From positions 186,001-250,000 of the forward strand of contig NW_026930701.1 in the NCBI RefSeq assembly GCF_032062105.1: a DNA stretch of 64,000 bases, read 5' to 3'. A program made the position numbers and the translations under genes. Positions 25,651-40,852 of this stretch are shown one piece after another; within the stretch, counting starts at the first letter, position 1, and the number at the start of each line of letters is the position of its first letter. The notes below the pieces were generated by a model. That model did not search any database and was not told the origin of the DNA. It saw only the letters and a list, made by a program, of their open reading frames with translations. The DNA is from Saccostrea cucullata (lineage: Eukaryota).

Positions 25651-28591
25651 TAATGCATGAAAAGTAATAATGTTTAATTTGTCTTAAATAGTTAAGTAAA
25701 CGTTGGCTCAATCCATGATATTTTTACATTCATGGTGTAATTAAGAAAGCAAGAAACATGCACATATTGCATTTACGTTGACCTTAAGTTGATTAGTTTA
25801 AGAGTAATACAAACAGTTGCTGATTAGCAGTAGTTGGACCAATGTTGACCCATTGCTCTGCAATATCAAATTAATTACTGGTTTTATTTGGTTGTGCCTA
25901 CGTTGGCCTATTGTTCAATGCATGATGCTGTATCATGATTGGACCAACTTTGGACCATTGCCTAGTAAATGATGTGTTGATTAAGTATTTGTGTCAATGG
26001 TACTTATTAGAATGTTGCTTTATAGCTATTGTATAAATGTTCGTGGATTATATTCTGTCCTTAATTTTATGAATTTAGCTATGTGGTTTTAATAAGTAAT
26101 GTCTGACCGATATTTGCTTTTTACGAGATCGAGAGGTGTGTTAAATGTATTTTCAGATCTGCCCAACGTTAGGACACGGAAGCATATTGAGGAATCGTCT
26201 GTTTCTGAATTTTTCACGAAGCACATTGTTTGGCATAAAAATGTTTATAGTTAAGTCTATAGATCGCTTTTTGGCTGTCTCACCAAAAGTAAAATTAACA
26301 AAGGTGGGCCAATATAAGTCCGATATATATCTTATAATGCAATAATATTTTTTTTATTTAAACATTTACAATAAAAAAAATCAAATGTATTTTATGTATT
26401 TTATATTACCATACCTCATAATTATTATTCAACAAAACGCGTTATCTGATTGGTTCGAGACCAACACGCGATCGAGTCATAAAACTTCATATTTCACGGT
26501 CGTCGGCATGTTCCACTTCTTCGGATACCTAGTTCGTTTTCCCGCACTATAGTTATTGTTCGTTTACAGAAAACGCGAGAGAGTAGTACAGGTCACAATA
26601 GCCTTGTTTACGTCACAAAATTGCTAATAAGTGATGTGTCAAAGGATTTCAGTACTTTACGTTCAAAAGGAAAGTGAATTTGAGAGCGGTGCCGAATTTA
26701 AAAGTTTTTGCTTGTACCGGTATAAGAAATAATTCATTGCATGAATGATCGGGAAACATGAATATTTATTCTTCCAAGAAATATCATAATATCAAAATAC
26801 ATGTATGTTTTTTCTTGGCTGATTAAGTTATCATATTTCCCTCACTATTACAATTATGTGATATATGTATAATATTTTTTCCCACTAATACCTCTTACAA
26901 CTAGTGAGATGTACTTTGTACAGTACCGGAATTATGCTGTCTGAATGTATAGGTTTTGTTTGATACTTTACACCGGAATTTGTTGGGACAACAGACGATT
27001 GGTACCAAACAGATGGGTACCAAAACTTTACCTAGTATTTTCTTGTGTATCAGATCATCTATAAAGTAAATCCTGTCTTTTTTTAGTATACTAGGATGTC
27101 AGTGCAGTGTAAAGTGCTTGAGAGCACGTCAAATATATTTTTAAGCTGTTACCTCGAGTCAAACCGCGTCTGATACGCTTATATCTGTCTTTGTGTCACA
27201 CGCACTTTATTCTCCGTTTTTGCCGAAATGTGGAGTACAAATGAGAAACAGCTCCATGCATGAAAGAGATTTTGAAGTAACTTGGCTGGAAAGGAGAAAT
27301 GGAGAGGAAACTTAAAGTGCGCTTAAGTAGACATCAAAGACGCGATATTGGGCCAACGTCCATGCAATCACAATGCAATGTTGAGCCAATGCAATGCCAA
27401 TATATTTGCCCAAACAAGATCATCTTTGCACAGCGATGTTGATCCAATACTGACCTTCATTGTTAGGTTATCATATTGATGCTGACTCGAAGTTCTCATA
27501 AAATGTTTCTTGAGTCTAAATAAACTTAAAGATCCACAAATCTAAAAGTACCCTCTGTATATGGAACTCTACCAAGAAAACATTGATGTAACCATCAATT
27601 GTCGCGCGGGAAATAGATAAAGTAAAAAATGGAAATGAGTCTTGATCATTAAACCACTTCAACTTGTGTAAAAAATGCCTCTAGCTGATGGAAACGATAG
27701 TCGAAAATATTTTGAAAACGTAATGCCGGATGAAAATCGAACAACAACGATGCCCTTTTGAAAACTTTATCAATTCCACAAGTAAATGTTAGCTGCATAA
27801 AATATAAATTAAAACTAGACTCATGCAACACCTATTTTCAAAAATGTTTTTCATTTTAAGAATATTTCACACGAACAGTGTCGAGTACCTGTTTATACGA
27901 TTAGAAAAAATCGATGTTCTACAAAACAAGGGACCTGTCGTTTTCTTGATAGTAAATGAGAAGCAGGTTTATATATTAAAAATCAAAAACATATATATTT
28001 CTACATATTCACTTTATGAAAGTAAATATATTATGTATCTTGTAATTCATAGAGGGAAAGAACATTCTGATTGATAATCTTTTTAATGTTTCGAAAACCT
28101 TTCTGAATAACTTCTCCCACCTCAATCCCCATACACCAACACTTAAACTTATATGTATAGAGTAACCACGATCCTCCAGGCTGGAATAAGGTTTTATACT
28201 GTTAAAAAGAGACAAGATTTAATCTTTTTTAATGTTTGGATTTAAAGGGGCTGGGGGTTGTGACCATTTTAGATTATGTTGATCTCCTTTAGAAGAAAGC
28301 TCCATATCAAGATATACAAAAATAATCAAATTTTAAAACTAAAATGTATGCAATTTTTCTTTGCCAAATGATAGTTGACAGCTTTAGTTATCATATCTAA
28401 AAAAAATGAAGATATATATGATGGTTTACTTGTTGACCCCCAGCGTCCTTAAAAATAATATACATAACACGTAACACGCTTTATCACGTTCTAGCTACTT
28501 TATTTTCAAAATTATAATTTTAATGAAAGATGTACAGAGGAACGATACGAATGGAAACCATTTTTAGTGTTTCTTGGAAAAAATCAGTTGA

Positions 28592-30131
28592 TTAGATCAC
28601 ACGAACTTGAGGACCCCTTCTCACGTTTCCGCCTGTTACAATCCCAGATAAGGTTCGTGGTGACGAACGCCGGAAGTTGATGGGTGTGAGGAACGGAATT
28701 CGTATGTTTTGCGCATTTCCCGGAACAGTGGTCCCCCGTCTTCTTAGCATTTGTAAATACCTAGCGGAGAGGATTCTAAGCTGTCTGAGCAGGTAAACTT
28801 CTCTGGCCTGCATTCTGGAAAGTTCTTGTCTCAATTGATCATATGATGGCTGATTGGAGTCGAATGGGCGGGGAATCATAGGGGGCGCTGTACCAGAAGG
28901 TTGAGCAGATATCTCATTATTTCCCGCTTCTCTATTCAAATTTAAAATCGGATCTGCTGCTCCTGTGTTAAGTTCCATAGGGTTAACACCATTTTGTTGT
29001 GTCGACATTGTTCCGTCAATTTCTTTTTGAGCGTTCACATGTTCTTCCTTCTGTTTGTTAAGGATGGCATCGGTAAAATCAATAGAAATGACCTGAAACA
29101 ATAATTGTTAGATTTTATAAAACTAGGATAAATTAATTGAAGCTGTAGAATAAGCAGCCTTAAAAAACCTTGAACATGTAATTTGAAGTCTTAGTATTTG
29201 TAAAGAAATATCTCTTATACGTAATAAAAGGGTTGCATGTATTTTAAAAAAGGAGGTTCATAAATTAGCAATATTAATACATGTTTAATATTTTTTTATC
29301 ATAAATGTTAATAAGAATTATGCATTTCACGAATGGTTCATCAATTTTTTAGTATTCAGAATAAACATTCAACCTCCTCTTTTCCAGTCTCTGGATCCGT
29401 TATTGTTTTCATGATGGCTGCAATTCCCCCTTGTGAATAGTTTTCAAGCATTTGTTGGACTTCCTCAACTGTGATGTTATATGTGGACATTATCTCCTTC
29501 AAAGCGTAGTCAAACACAACCTGTGTAGGAGTTAATGAAATTGTAATTAATACAAAAAGTACGAATTAACCTTTGTGATAATTACTTAATTAAACTTTAG
29601 CAGATTGAAAGGAAACTCTCAATTAACTTGTAGATTCTTATTTCCACCATTCTGTATTTCAAATTTTACAAGTGTAATAAAGTGTTTTTGGGGGGAAAGA
29701 AATATAAAACTTCTGTTTCATGTTTATAGCTAAGGTAGACTAAAATGTAACATACATACGGAATGCATACAACAGAAGGAGAAACGTGGAGATGCTAATA
29801 ATCATCAGGAATTGAATTTCAGGAGAGGCTGAGGGAAATGGTTTCTAAACCACGTGTCGTTTTAGAAAATATGCATTATATATACTGATTTTAAATATAG
29901 ACACCAATAAGACATTGTATCTGAAAAGTAACACACCTGAAAATTCCCTATAGTTAGTGTTCCATCACTGGAGACAGAAGCCTCTTGCTGCTGTTCTTTC
30001 TGAATGCTTGGAGTCTCCACGGTTGGGTTTTTTGTTGGGTCCAGTTCCTGTCCTTTGAAGCCATCAGGTGTTTGGCCAGGAACAGTGTTAGCCAAACATA
30101 AAACAGCTGTCAGTAGTAGTAAGCCACCCAT
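28592..30131 (-). CDS. G4: secreted family member, 280 aa, join(30131..29937, 29520..29374, 29092..28592)
   Basis: Signal peptide MGGLLLLTAVLCLANTVPG-Q. The 147-bp core exon VVFDYALKEIMSTYNITVEEVQQMLENYSQGGIAAIMKTITDPETGKEE is missed by the ORF track and has cag|...|gt borders. The last exon starts VISIDF and contains PSYDQLRQELSRMQAREVYLLRQLRILSARY. Confidence 0.9.
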
Positions 30132-32472
30132 CCTAGTTAAGGATATAGGGAAATGTATTATGTATGGAAGACAAAAGTCTACGTAAAATCTAACGGAGGT
30201 TAAACTATACACAACCAATATTACCATATACACGAAGTAAAGAACCAAATAACCATATACAGAATGCATAGATTCTGAAGCTTAAAATAACCGGAAACAA
30301 TGTATCTTTGCAAATGATACTCAAACTGCACTAAGAGATTTTTTATCGATTAGAGTCTCCTCTGAAGACCTCTACTGTAGCTGAAGACTACCTAACATTT
30401 TTGTGTATTTGCTGACTGAATAAATCTGTAAAACAACGTTACCTTTTTGGAAGGACTGTAATTTGCAAATTATGGCGAAAAAGGATTAACAAAATATTTA
30501 ATTAAGGTTAAACATTACAAAATAAATAAAAAAGAAATTTATATCATTATAGCAACGGAAATGTTTTTCAAAAGTAATAGCCTAACCTGAGTGAGAAGAT
30601 GAATTCCCCAAATGAATTGCTAAAACAATTAGTCGCCAAATAAAAATTTCAAGTTTATGTATCGTTCTCAGTTAAAACGACAATCATTCTATATCGATCA
30701 ATTAGTCCTCTCTATCTTTCAGTAGACTGTGGTTTTGTCCATTGATTCATTGCTTTCAAATAATGGTCATTTCAGGGTCTTTCTAATTGATCAAAAAAGT
30801 TTGAAAAACGTAATTTTAAACCACAACAATGGAATCCGTTTACAAACTAGATATCATACATCACAGTCCAGCCACTTTTAATTCTGATTAAGAATGGGAA
30901 TCAGAAAAATAGATTTTCTCCTTGTGATATAATATTGGCCCGATCAAAGGCTTTAGAAAGTTTTGCCAAGGAATGGTTTTTATTATTTAACTGGATTATA
31001 TGTATTACAAAGGCTGAATGTGATAACTGATCCCTCGTAACCCCAAGGGTACCATGAATATTTTTTTCTGTCATTTTTTTCTGAGAGAATAATGTTCTAT
31101 TTATGTAAATATTTTTACTTATATCCCTGATTTGAATTTTTGAAAGCCCAAAAAAGAAAAAAAAAACTTTAATTTCTTATAAATTTATTCAATGATTTCT
31201 TTGTATTTAGATCCTCCAATGTATATAAATATAAGTATAATAAACATTTTGCTTTAAAGAATTCCATATCTTTCGCATGCATTGTGTTGTCATATGATTT
31301 CCTGTTATGATCATTTTTTTTTAAATATCATTGATTAAAATTTAATTTTTACATTATTTTTATTTTCATTTACCTTTATGCTGCATTATTTTTGCAAAGT
31401 ATAATTTCGAGACCTTTCCAATCTCCATGATTGAAATATTTTGCCTTTTTTTTTGAATTCGTAAAAATATAATTTTGTAAACGAAAAAAAAAGTTTTACT
31501 CTTATACGTCCCGTTTTAATTCCCAAACTTGCGACCCTATTGTAAGGGACAAGAACAAATCCCTGGGCTTAAAACATAGCATACAATATACATAGCATTT
31601 GGCAGGATATCTTTTCAATCTTAAACAAATGCCTTATTTTTTCATAGTGCAATAAGTAAAAAAAAACCCTGAAAACTGAAATAACTGAAATAAACTGAAA
31701 TAAAGTTGATTTATTTAATGAAAAAAAGTACAAACCAATCAAACCTGAAAATAGTTTAATTTGATAAAACGCAGGGTCCTCAAAATTCCTGTGACAGGTA
31801 GGATCAGGTGCGTAAGACGACAGAACATCCCCTGTTGACTGGTCACACCCAACCTGACCCCTTCGTGTTAATCAAGTACACGGGATACTCTGTATTCAAA
31901 TTAAATGAATAAGCCAAAGCTTAACAATTGGATTAAAAAAACGTTTACCTTAAAATTCAATATTCCTTGCACAAAAATGGATGCATTAATAAACAAGATA
32001 ATTATACCGACCACACTTCTTTAAGTTTAAACAAACCGTGTAGCAATAACAAAATGACTCAGTTTAAAATTGACCGTACTTTGAACTAGCTCTTCAGTAA
32101 GAAAAAAGGGATTTGGAGACATAAGCAGATGATAGCGAAATATTTCCATTTCTAATTTTTTTTCTGTGATAACTCTTTGAAAGTTAGCGGAGTTGATTTC
32201 TTGATAATTCTACTGGAATGAAAATTTGGCAGGTCTATAGGTCAGGAGCTAAGGAATCCTAATATGCATGCAAACCTCGTGCGCATCTGTCTCTGTGTCT
32301 GACGCTTAGGAGGCCAAATTTGCATGAAAATCTCGTGCGGCTGCCTTTGTGTTTGACGTCAGTGGGCGAGAACTATTGAAATTGGCATGGGAGTCCTCGT
32401 GTAATTAAAAATTTATGTCTATATTTTAAAAGTCTAAATCTACAATTTTATTTCACAATAAAATGGAAATAT

Positions 32473-32770
32473 AAGAAATCACTGTCTAGTTAGTATAGTA
32501 AGCCAGGGACATCAACGATAGTGGGAAACATGGGATCGCCCGTTATGCAAATTATTCCATGTTTCTCACTATAGTTGGTGCCCTGGCATACTATACTAAA
32601 TAGACAGTGATTCCTTAAATATTACGTTACAGTAATAGAATCGGATATGAATTTATTATACTTTAAAAGACATAATCTCATAACTGCAATGGTGTGTGCA
32701 AACAAGTTGAATTAAGCGCTATGAAAATTTGTTTGCACACAACGTTGCAGTTATGATACTATATCTTTCA
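32473..32770. repeat. Two adjacent imperfect palindromes (~145 bp and ~105 bp)
   Basis: aatcactgtcta...tagacagtgatt (~32473-32617) and cataactgcaa..gtgtgcaaacaa...ttgtttgcacac..ttgcagttatg (~32665-32770). Confidence 0.8.
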
Positions 32771-33339
32771 AAAAAAAAAAAAATAATGATATATTGCTTA
32801 TATTTACATTTTTAACTAATATTGCCTTTCATTGCAAATGTGATTTATATTTCAAAATTCCTGTATTATCGTTCGGGTAAGATCCAGTTAATGGAATAGC
32901 CAAAGCAACCGCTCATGTTCAAAATGAGCTTGATATTTCATTTTCGCTTATGACATTGCTTTTCCACGGCGTTCAACGTTTGTGACGTCAAAATTAAACG
33001 TCATCTTTAATCTTTTGACTCCCTTTCCGTGTTATGGTGTTGTAACTGCAATAGATTTCCAATCACTTTATGCTAAACACATGTGTAATGTTAATATTGA
33101 TAAATCACAAATTAGGTAATTTTATGATAGAAAAATTGTTTAACATACAATTCACATGTCCTTAGTCGTCTATTGTCGTAAATTTAATCAAGCAGAAAAT
33201 AGAAGTGAAAGACATTGCAGTGTATCTTTTTATTTCAAATGCAGGGGGACATATAGAGTCGATGAATGGCAATTTATAATAGTTATTATTTAAACATCAC
33301 CTGAAGCTCAAGCAGAATACCACAGGGAATGTTTTCTAC

Positions 33340-34230
33340 TTTTTGTATTCTGATTGTACACACAAATTGTCTGAAGTTGACATACAAAAGATGCTTGCGT
33401 TTCTGATTAACAATATCTATGTCGTTTTCGGACTACAGGTCTTCCAACAATCTTTTGGAATACCCATGAATATATTCTTAACAGACCCAAATTTTTTTTT
33501 TCATATGAAGCAGCATTTGTACAGAATCAGATTGGTGAAAAGAAAAATCACTTGGTGTGGCTATCAACTCGACATTTACATATATTGACGACGTATTGTC
33601 AAATAAAATTGTTCTTTTCTTTCTAATGTCGATACGATATATCCCGACGATCTTGAGATAAAAGATACCACAGAGACTGACAAATCTGTTTCATGTTTGA
33701 ATATTTTACTTGAAAAAAGACATTAATGGCAATCTAACAACCAAGCTTTATGATAAAAGAGATGACTTATATTTTCAATAGTCAAATCCCCTTACTAATT
33801 GAGCAATATACGTCCATTATGTGCATACGGAGTTTATATCTCTCCGTTCATTTCATATGCAAGAGCATGCTCTACGTTTGCACAATTTCTGAAAGGAGGT
33901 ATATAATTGATAAACAAGTTGATGAGAAAAAGGATATCAGAATAATCGTTTAAAATCATCATGTCGTAAGTTTTATGGTTGATACAATGTCCTTGTCAGC
34001 AAATACAATTTATTATTGAGCCAAATGCCGACTGACATTTTTCATACCAATTGTTTATCCATTATTTATACACTGAATTGAAGACGGATTTTTTTAATCA
34101 TGACAAGGATAACCCGGCAGATGTGACCGGTCAGCAGGGGATTCTCACTCCTCCATGGCACCTGATCCCATCTTTAGTGTTTCGGAGGTCCGTGTTTGCT
34201 CTACTCTTATTTTGGGCTTTAATACTCCTT
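33340..34230 (+). mobile_element. Decayed Penelope-like retroelement RT fragment
   Basis: Frameshifted RT-like motifs (LINNIYVVFG..VFQQSFGIPM, YIDDVL, KLYDKRDD) followed by the block gtgaccggtcagcagggg..ctcactcctccatggcacctgatcc. Confidence 0.75.
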
Positions 34231-35511
34231 ATTTCCATATATTTCATTATACAGCTGTAGAAGTTATTCAATTAAATTCTTCTGAGATTATCAAAACAGG
34301 TAGACTTAATCGCTATAGAGGCAAGGATATACAACATAATGCTTTTAAGGAACCCATGGGGAAGGGGGCACAAGCATTTTCAGTTTGGGGGAGGGCTAGC
34401 AAGCTTATGACTTAATGATGACTTGTATTTGCTAACAATTCGAAATCTTCTTTGACCACGTAATTTGCGTACTGTTAATCACTTTTTGTTCACGAGAACT
34501 TAATTTTCGCGTAATTACGCGAGACGAAATTTCAATTTCGCCTATAATTGTATTCCCTCAGATTATAAAGATCAAAAACAACAATTTGTGAACATTTTGT
34601 CTCGCTAAAAAAAGGACAATAACTATCTCACGAAAATAAAGTTTCGCTGAAATTAAGTGATTTATACAGTATGAAAACAGCTAACACAAACCTTAAAAAA
34701 GTATGTTCTTAAACCCTCTATAAAACACTCTTCAAAGTTAATTGCGTAAGTTATCTCTACTAATGTCAACCCCGCGGCAGGTCACATATTCCTAAAAAGA
34801 AGTGTTACAATGCTTGTTTCATGTAAAGTTTTTAAAACTATTTGTAACGATTTGCAATTTGCCGATAGGCCTATATTTTAGGCAATAAAAAATCCTTATA
34901 ATCACCTGGACGATAACGTGTTGATAAATGTAAAATAGAACTAGAATAAGCCGTAAATGGTAACCTAGCAACCAAAATTTATGATAAACGTGATTTCTTC
35001 AACTTTTCGATGGTCATCATCCTTACTCATTTAGTAATATTCCTTTAAGTATATTAACCTTAATATATCTCAAATGATTTAGTAGGCAAAAGCTGTTGCT
35101 ACGAATGAACAAATTCTTAAACAAGGCAAGCTAATGACAAAAAAGTTGATGAAAGAAGCATCTTTAGAAATCGTCACTTGGCATGTTTTATGGTTGATAC
35201 AATAAATCTTTCCCCAGCCAATAAAAGGAAAGAAAGATAAAAATAAAATTACCTATCAATGAGTCAAATGGTGATTGACGTGAATCGGTTCTCTTTCAAG
35301 GTGAACTTTCAAAATACAACTGTTTACAACTAATTTCTTATTACTTGAAAATACTTTTTAATCTTAGAAAATACTTTTTAATCTTTGTATTTTGATAAAG
35401 ATAAACAATATCATAAAACAATATGTATGCCATGGAAATATGATATAATCACAATATAATATAGAGTTTGTTGTCTCGCTTCTTGTTCTTTTCTGGATAT
35501 TTGTTTGTTGC

Positions 35512-38500
35512 CTATATAATCGTTTCTTCCCTGGATAATTGTTTGAAATCCGGATAATTGCTTGTTGTCTGGCTGATGACTCGTATTCTTGGATCCACGC
35601 TCATGTTTCCCCCGGTTACACTTCCGGTTAACATTCGTCGGTTAGTACGCTGAGGGGTACGGTTAAAATTAATCTGCCTTCTGATTGGTTGTCGCCTCAA
35701 AAGTGTATTTCTGGTAACAGGAAACCCCCGCCTACCAGAAAGGCTAGAAAATCTCCCAGATAATAGTCTTAGTTGTCTAAGTAAGTACAGCTCCCTGGCT
35801 CTCTTTCTAAGAACCTCTTGTCTAAGTGCCTCGTACGAAGGATCAGTTCCTGCAACGTCACCGGAAGTGGATAAGGAACGATCAATAGTGCTGGATCCCG
35901 ATCCCGATTGATTATCAATCGGTAGTTTAGGCGTGTCTGGAATACTTCTGAGTATCTCAGCTAGAATTCTATTTTGCTCCTGCATAACTTGTATCTCTCT
36001 GTCCAGATCTGAGGCCGGTTCCCTGTTATCTGTGTTGCGGTTATTTTTTCGCATTTCTTCCCTTATTAATCGCTCTATCTCATGTAGAACGGTTCGAAGT
36101 TCTCTTTCTGTTTTCCGCCGCTCTTTTCTGTTTTCTATAGCGTTTTGGTTTCTTGTTAATAATGAGATATGTCCTGGAAAAGAACAAGAACGTCAAAATG
36201 AAAATATAATATACATTACAGGAAAACATTCTATGGGATACATGTAAATAAGCAAAATGTGGTCTCAAAACATTATTTACTTAATCCACTTCATCATACA
36301 ATATAATGTTTTACATAATATGTTCTTGTTGACTCAAAAGATATCAGTATTCAGTCAAAATAATTAATATTTTTGGTAAAATTTACAGCAAAATGAAAAA
36401 GAAAATAAAATCAGACGTGTTTTTGTTTTGCATATTTCGATACATAAATATATGCAAATACATATTTCTTTTTAGCTAATTTACGGCGAAATTGATTACC
36501 TTGACGATAAGCAATATTCAAAGCTGGTAGCTGGGCGTCCAGATCTTTGATCCTCTCCCGTAAGTACGCCTCCGCTCCTCTGAGATCCGCCAATGTTTTT
36601 ATCAGCAAGTTTTCTCTATTTGCCTGACTGTCAGGTTTCTGTCCCGGAAGTAGATTCTCTGTCGAAGTTACAGTTGAGGATGAACTTCCGTCATTTTTGG
36701 GAGTCGTAAATTGTTCAAAATCTAAGGTTATTATCTGTTGACGAAAAAAAATAAAACTGTAAACAAACCTTTATTCGACTTCGAGAAATAACAAATAATT
36801 TCTCGAGTCTATTTATTCGCCACGAACCCTTTTGGACTGTATTTGTAGAGAATATTTCCTCAGTAGTAGAATTTTGACTAGATTCAAAATTATACAAAAC
36901 ACGCGACTAATAAATGAGTTATGGTATCACAAATATCGGGAAAGCAGTACTGTATATTGTATCAGGATATTTTGCGAGGAACAAAATAAGAAGTTTATTT
37001 TAAATGCCAGGAGAGTTTTGGGTTGAAAATACTTTTAAGGATTTTTAAATTTCAAAAAAGATATATGAAACCACTGATACAAAATTTCTATATAGAATTG
37101 CTACATTACCCTGATTAGAAAACCTCCACTCATATCATGGTGGCCAAAGTGAATCATCGCAAAAAATTCTGCTTATAAATAATTTTAAAGAAATTGTCAA
37201 ACTTAAATTCTTAACAATTGCGCGTGGAAAATCAGAAATTTCTCGTGTATTAATGAATTAAATGTGGTGATGATAAATGTTGAAATTTCTAGATATCATA
37301 TTCTCTTCATGTATATTATTAACCAAATTTTCATTTGACATCTTTTGTTGTTCTTCTGTTTAAAATCATCCGCCAATAAAACTTTTGACAAAAGAAGAAA
37401 CACTCTCATTAATATATGTCTGTACAATTAAATTACGTAATCGCAGAAAATTAATATGCAGGTGTCAAAATGCAATTGAAATTCATTTTAAGCATGGATT
37501 TTTTTCCCTACCTCTTGGAGTCCATTTTCTGGATTTATTCTTGTCCGGACGATTTCTGCATTACCTCCCTTGGCATACACCTCTAACATACGGCGTATAT
37601 CCTCCACCGTAATGTTGTATTCACTCATAATAGACCTTAACTCGTCATTGTACACCACCTGGGAATCCGAAATTGAAAAGGAACAAAAAATTCTAACATA
37701 GGAAAAAAGGTTCTTGATGCATGTAAAGTAGTTTAAATAGCCACAGAAATGATCATTTAAGGCAAATCGTATGACAAGGACTGGTTGAAACAAGGTTTTA
37801 TTTCGCATAATCACAATAAACACGGTACATGTAAATTCCTGGTTGTGAAATTCTTAAAACGATACATCTGATGATAATCAGTATCAAATTATAACATGCA
37901 ATGTCATTTATGGCTATTGGATATTGCTTTGTATTTCTAATTTCAAGATACAGTTCTTGCTTTAGATAGATCTATATCAATGTTTTTAAAATGACATAGC
38001 AACCTTGAGCTCCGAAAAATGAATAAAATAGATTGAATTAAACCTAAAAAGTAATTTGCAAATGATGTACAGGTAATGTCACAGGTTTCCAATTTTCCCT
38101 TCACACTAAATAGTTCTCCAAAGATTACTGAAGTTTATCGCATGGCAGGGTTCTGCCATTTATAGTCTTTTTTTAAAATTCAGTGAACATTCAAATGACT
38201 GAATGATCGAGTTGCTTCTTGTGCGAATACTGTAAAATCACATATATTCAAGGGGTCAAATTTTCGTGGTTTCAGGAAAATATATTGATTTATTGGAGTT
38301 TGATTTAGTAGTTTAGGAATTGTTCAGTAGTAATATATGTGGAAAATTGCATTTAGCGGCAGATATAAATTCCGAAGTCTCTTCATACTTTGAAAAGCAC
38401 GACGAAAATTATACCCCAAGAAAAGTAGAGATTTCACAGTAGTACAGTTATACTTGTCTAATCTGACCAACACTTTTTCCAAAGACATTATTCGGTTTGG

Positions 38501-38840
38501 ACTATATTCCGGAGCAGGCAAAATATTAAACGTCATATAAAATAAGATTTCAGAATACAAAACATTCGGGCAAGTGAACTTTCACGGTAAATCAAATGTT
38601 ACTAAAACATCAAATGTTATTTTGGATAATAACAACAAATAAAAGGTAAAAAAAAATCAATAAAAATAATAAAACAACCTGTAGTCCACCTGCAGATATT
38701 GATTCGGTTTCACCAGTTAATGCAGTTGTCTCTTGTTGCAGGGGATCTTGGGATATCATGACGTCATTTGCAGAGGGTAACTGTCCGAAAACTGTGCACA
38801 TGAATCCAAGCAAAATGACGAAATGTAGCTTGGTTTTCAT
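35512..38840 (-). CDS. G5: secreted family member, ~401 aa, join(38840..38679, 37658..37512, 36734..36500, 36173..35512)
   Basis: Signal peptide MKTKLHFVILLGFMCTVFG-Q. 147-bp core exon VVYNDELRSIMSEYNITVEDIRRMLEVYAKGGNAEIVRTRINPENGLQE. Next exon runs IITLDFEQF...LNIAYRQ G|gt (phase 1). All junctions are GT-AG and preserve frame. Confidence 0.9.
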
Positions 38841-40852
38841 CCTGTTTTATGATTGAATGGAAATAATAATTTAATAAATTGAAAGAAAAACCTATATATT
38901 TTATACAAAACGAAACTGTGTTTCAATTTTCTTCCTTTTTATATTTTAACTAACTACAATTTTAGTCACCCCCTTTACCTCAACTCCCTTCCAGTCAATA
39001 AATAATACAAAATCCCTATATCCGATACAATTGAAAAATGTCTTTTTGAAAAATTGTATATAAAAGCATATATTTTTTTTAAAATAAAATAAACAAAAAA
39101 AGGGTTGGGGATGAAAAGAGGATAATATAAATGTATAGAAAACAATAAGCATAAAATCAAAAGTCAGAACCAGACCTGATTCTTGCGATTAACTCCTTAC
39201 TGCGAATAGCCTTCAATTAAACATCAAGTTCGATGCCTATTTATTTGACTTTATTTCATTCTTTAATCGATATCGATCATTAATTTCCGTAGGTTAAGTT
39301 AACGCACTTTCCTGTTCTTTACGTCTCATTAAACCAGTGCAACTGTGCATTAAAATAATGGTTTGTTTTAGACCTCTTTCATTCATCAATGTTAATGATT
39401 CAATTAATTAAATGAGGAGCGTGTAATTTGTCTACGAACACGACGCAGATATAAAACAAAGGGCGAAAGGGAGCATTATTACAAAGAATATTAATACTAG
39501 TAAATCTAAAACTTAATTGAATTCAATTCTTATATTTACATTTTCTAATTTTTTCCTCTTCATAACTGTTTATTTTAGTAATCTTTAATGTGAGTTTAGC
39601 GCCCTTCAAAATCTTTGTACTTTATAGACATAGAAGTCGTTTCGACCGTGCAAAGTTAAGTAACGCAAACGAACATTGCGAGGAAAAAACTTACAAATAA
39701 TAAACGCAGGTTTGTTGCATTTTCACGTTAATTCAACGGGGTTAATTCTTTCTAATGAAATTATGTCTAAACAATGTACAATTTGGTGTTCCTAGAGTAT
39801 TGAAAATACATATAATTCCCACTGTGTATTCTAACGCGCGGTGACAGGGTTTTGCGTGTGTTACAGAGATATATATACATTTGTGGTATCTCTCTGCTAT
39901 ATAAACATACGGAGAACAAATATCTTCAATTCTGTATGAAGTTTGTCTGAGGTCAGAGGTCAATACGTGACCTAATCACACGGCGCAATAATATCTACCG
40001 GTGCATAAATATAAAATGACTTGCTCTACTTGCTTTTCATGTATAAAAATGAACAAAATATGCAAGTAAAATAATAATTATTTTATTTACAACCTTAACA
40101 AGTATTTCATACAGTTTTTTGGCTATTAATTTAACCTGTGTATACATGGAGAATATACCGATAGAAACTAGCTTTCCTTCACAAGTTTTATGTCACTTTT
40201 TTCAGCTGTACAGTTTATCATTATTTTTTTTGGAAGACTTTTAGTTAAATCTGCATGATAAACTAATTTTTTCAACAAATTCTACTCACGATAAATGTGT
40301 AAATCTGTTGGAAAATATCAAAGGACTGCAATCACGCCACGAACAGCTGACAAACACCTCGGCGCTGTCATAGTTCAATGTAAGCTTTCGCTAGTGTCCC
40401 CGTGTTCTGTTTACATCATAAATGTGCCTTTAGTTATAATTGATATCGTAGGTTAAATGTTTTTTTTATCTTAAATACTTGATTGCAAATTAACTGGCAT
40501 GGTCAGGTGTTTCCATCCAACGGATCATCCATCCCTTTCTGGCGACCGAAATTCCTCCAACTTTTTATCATCGATCTTCGGACGTGTTTCTTGTGTCTTT
40601 TCAGCATTGATTATCAATTTTCACGAATAGAAATATTCCCAGATAACAATTTGTTCACCATTACTGATCACAAGTAGCCTTTCACAAAATAGTCCCTTAG
40701 AAATAAAACCCTTAGCCTGGTGAATTCGAAGCGTAACCGCTATTAAAGCCGATTTACACCTTGCGTCATTTTTCAAAATCTACGACGGACGGTTAGTGCA
40801 ATAATTTATATTCGAAAGTATTCAATCGTCTGTCTCAAATGTATATATATGT

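Noticed and set aside
24820-27470. Scattered ttgggccaacgttgg-like motifs
   Set aside because: Probably a very decayed DNA transposon; I could not define its ends.
27649-27890. Possible downstream exon after G4
   Set aside because: The frames following the nearest acceptor hit stops and there is no convincing family motif.
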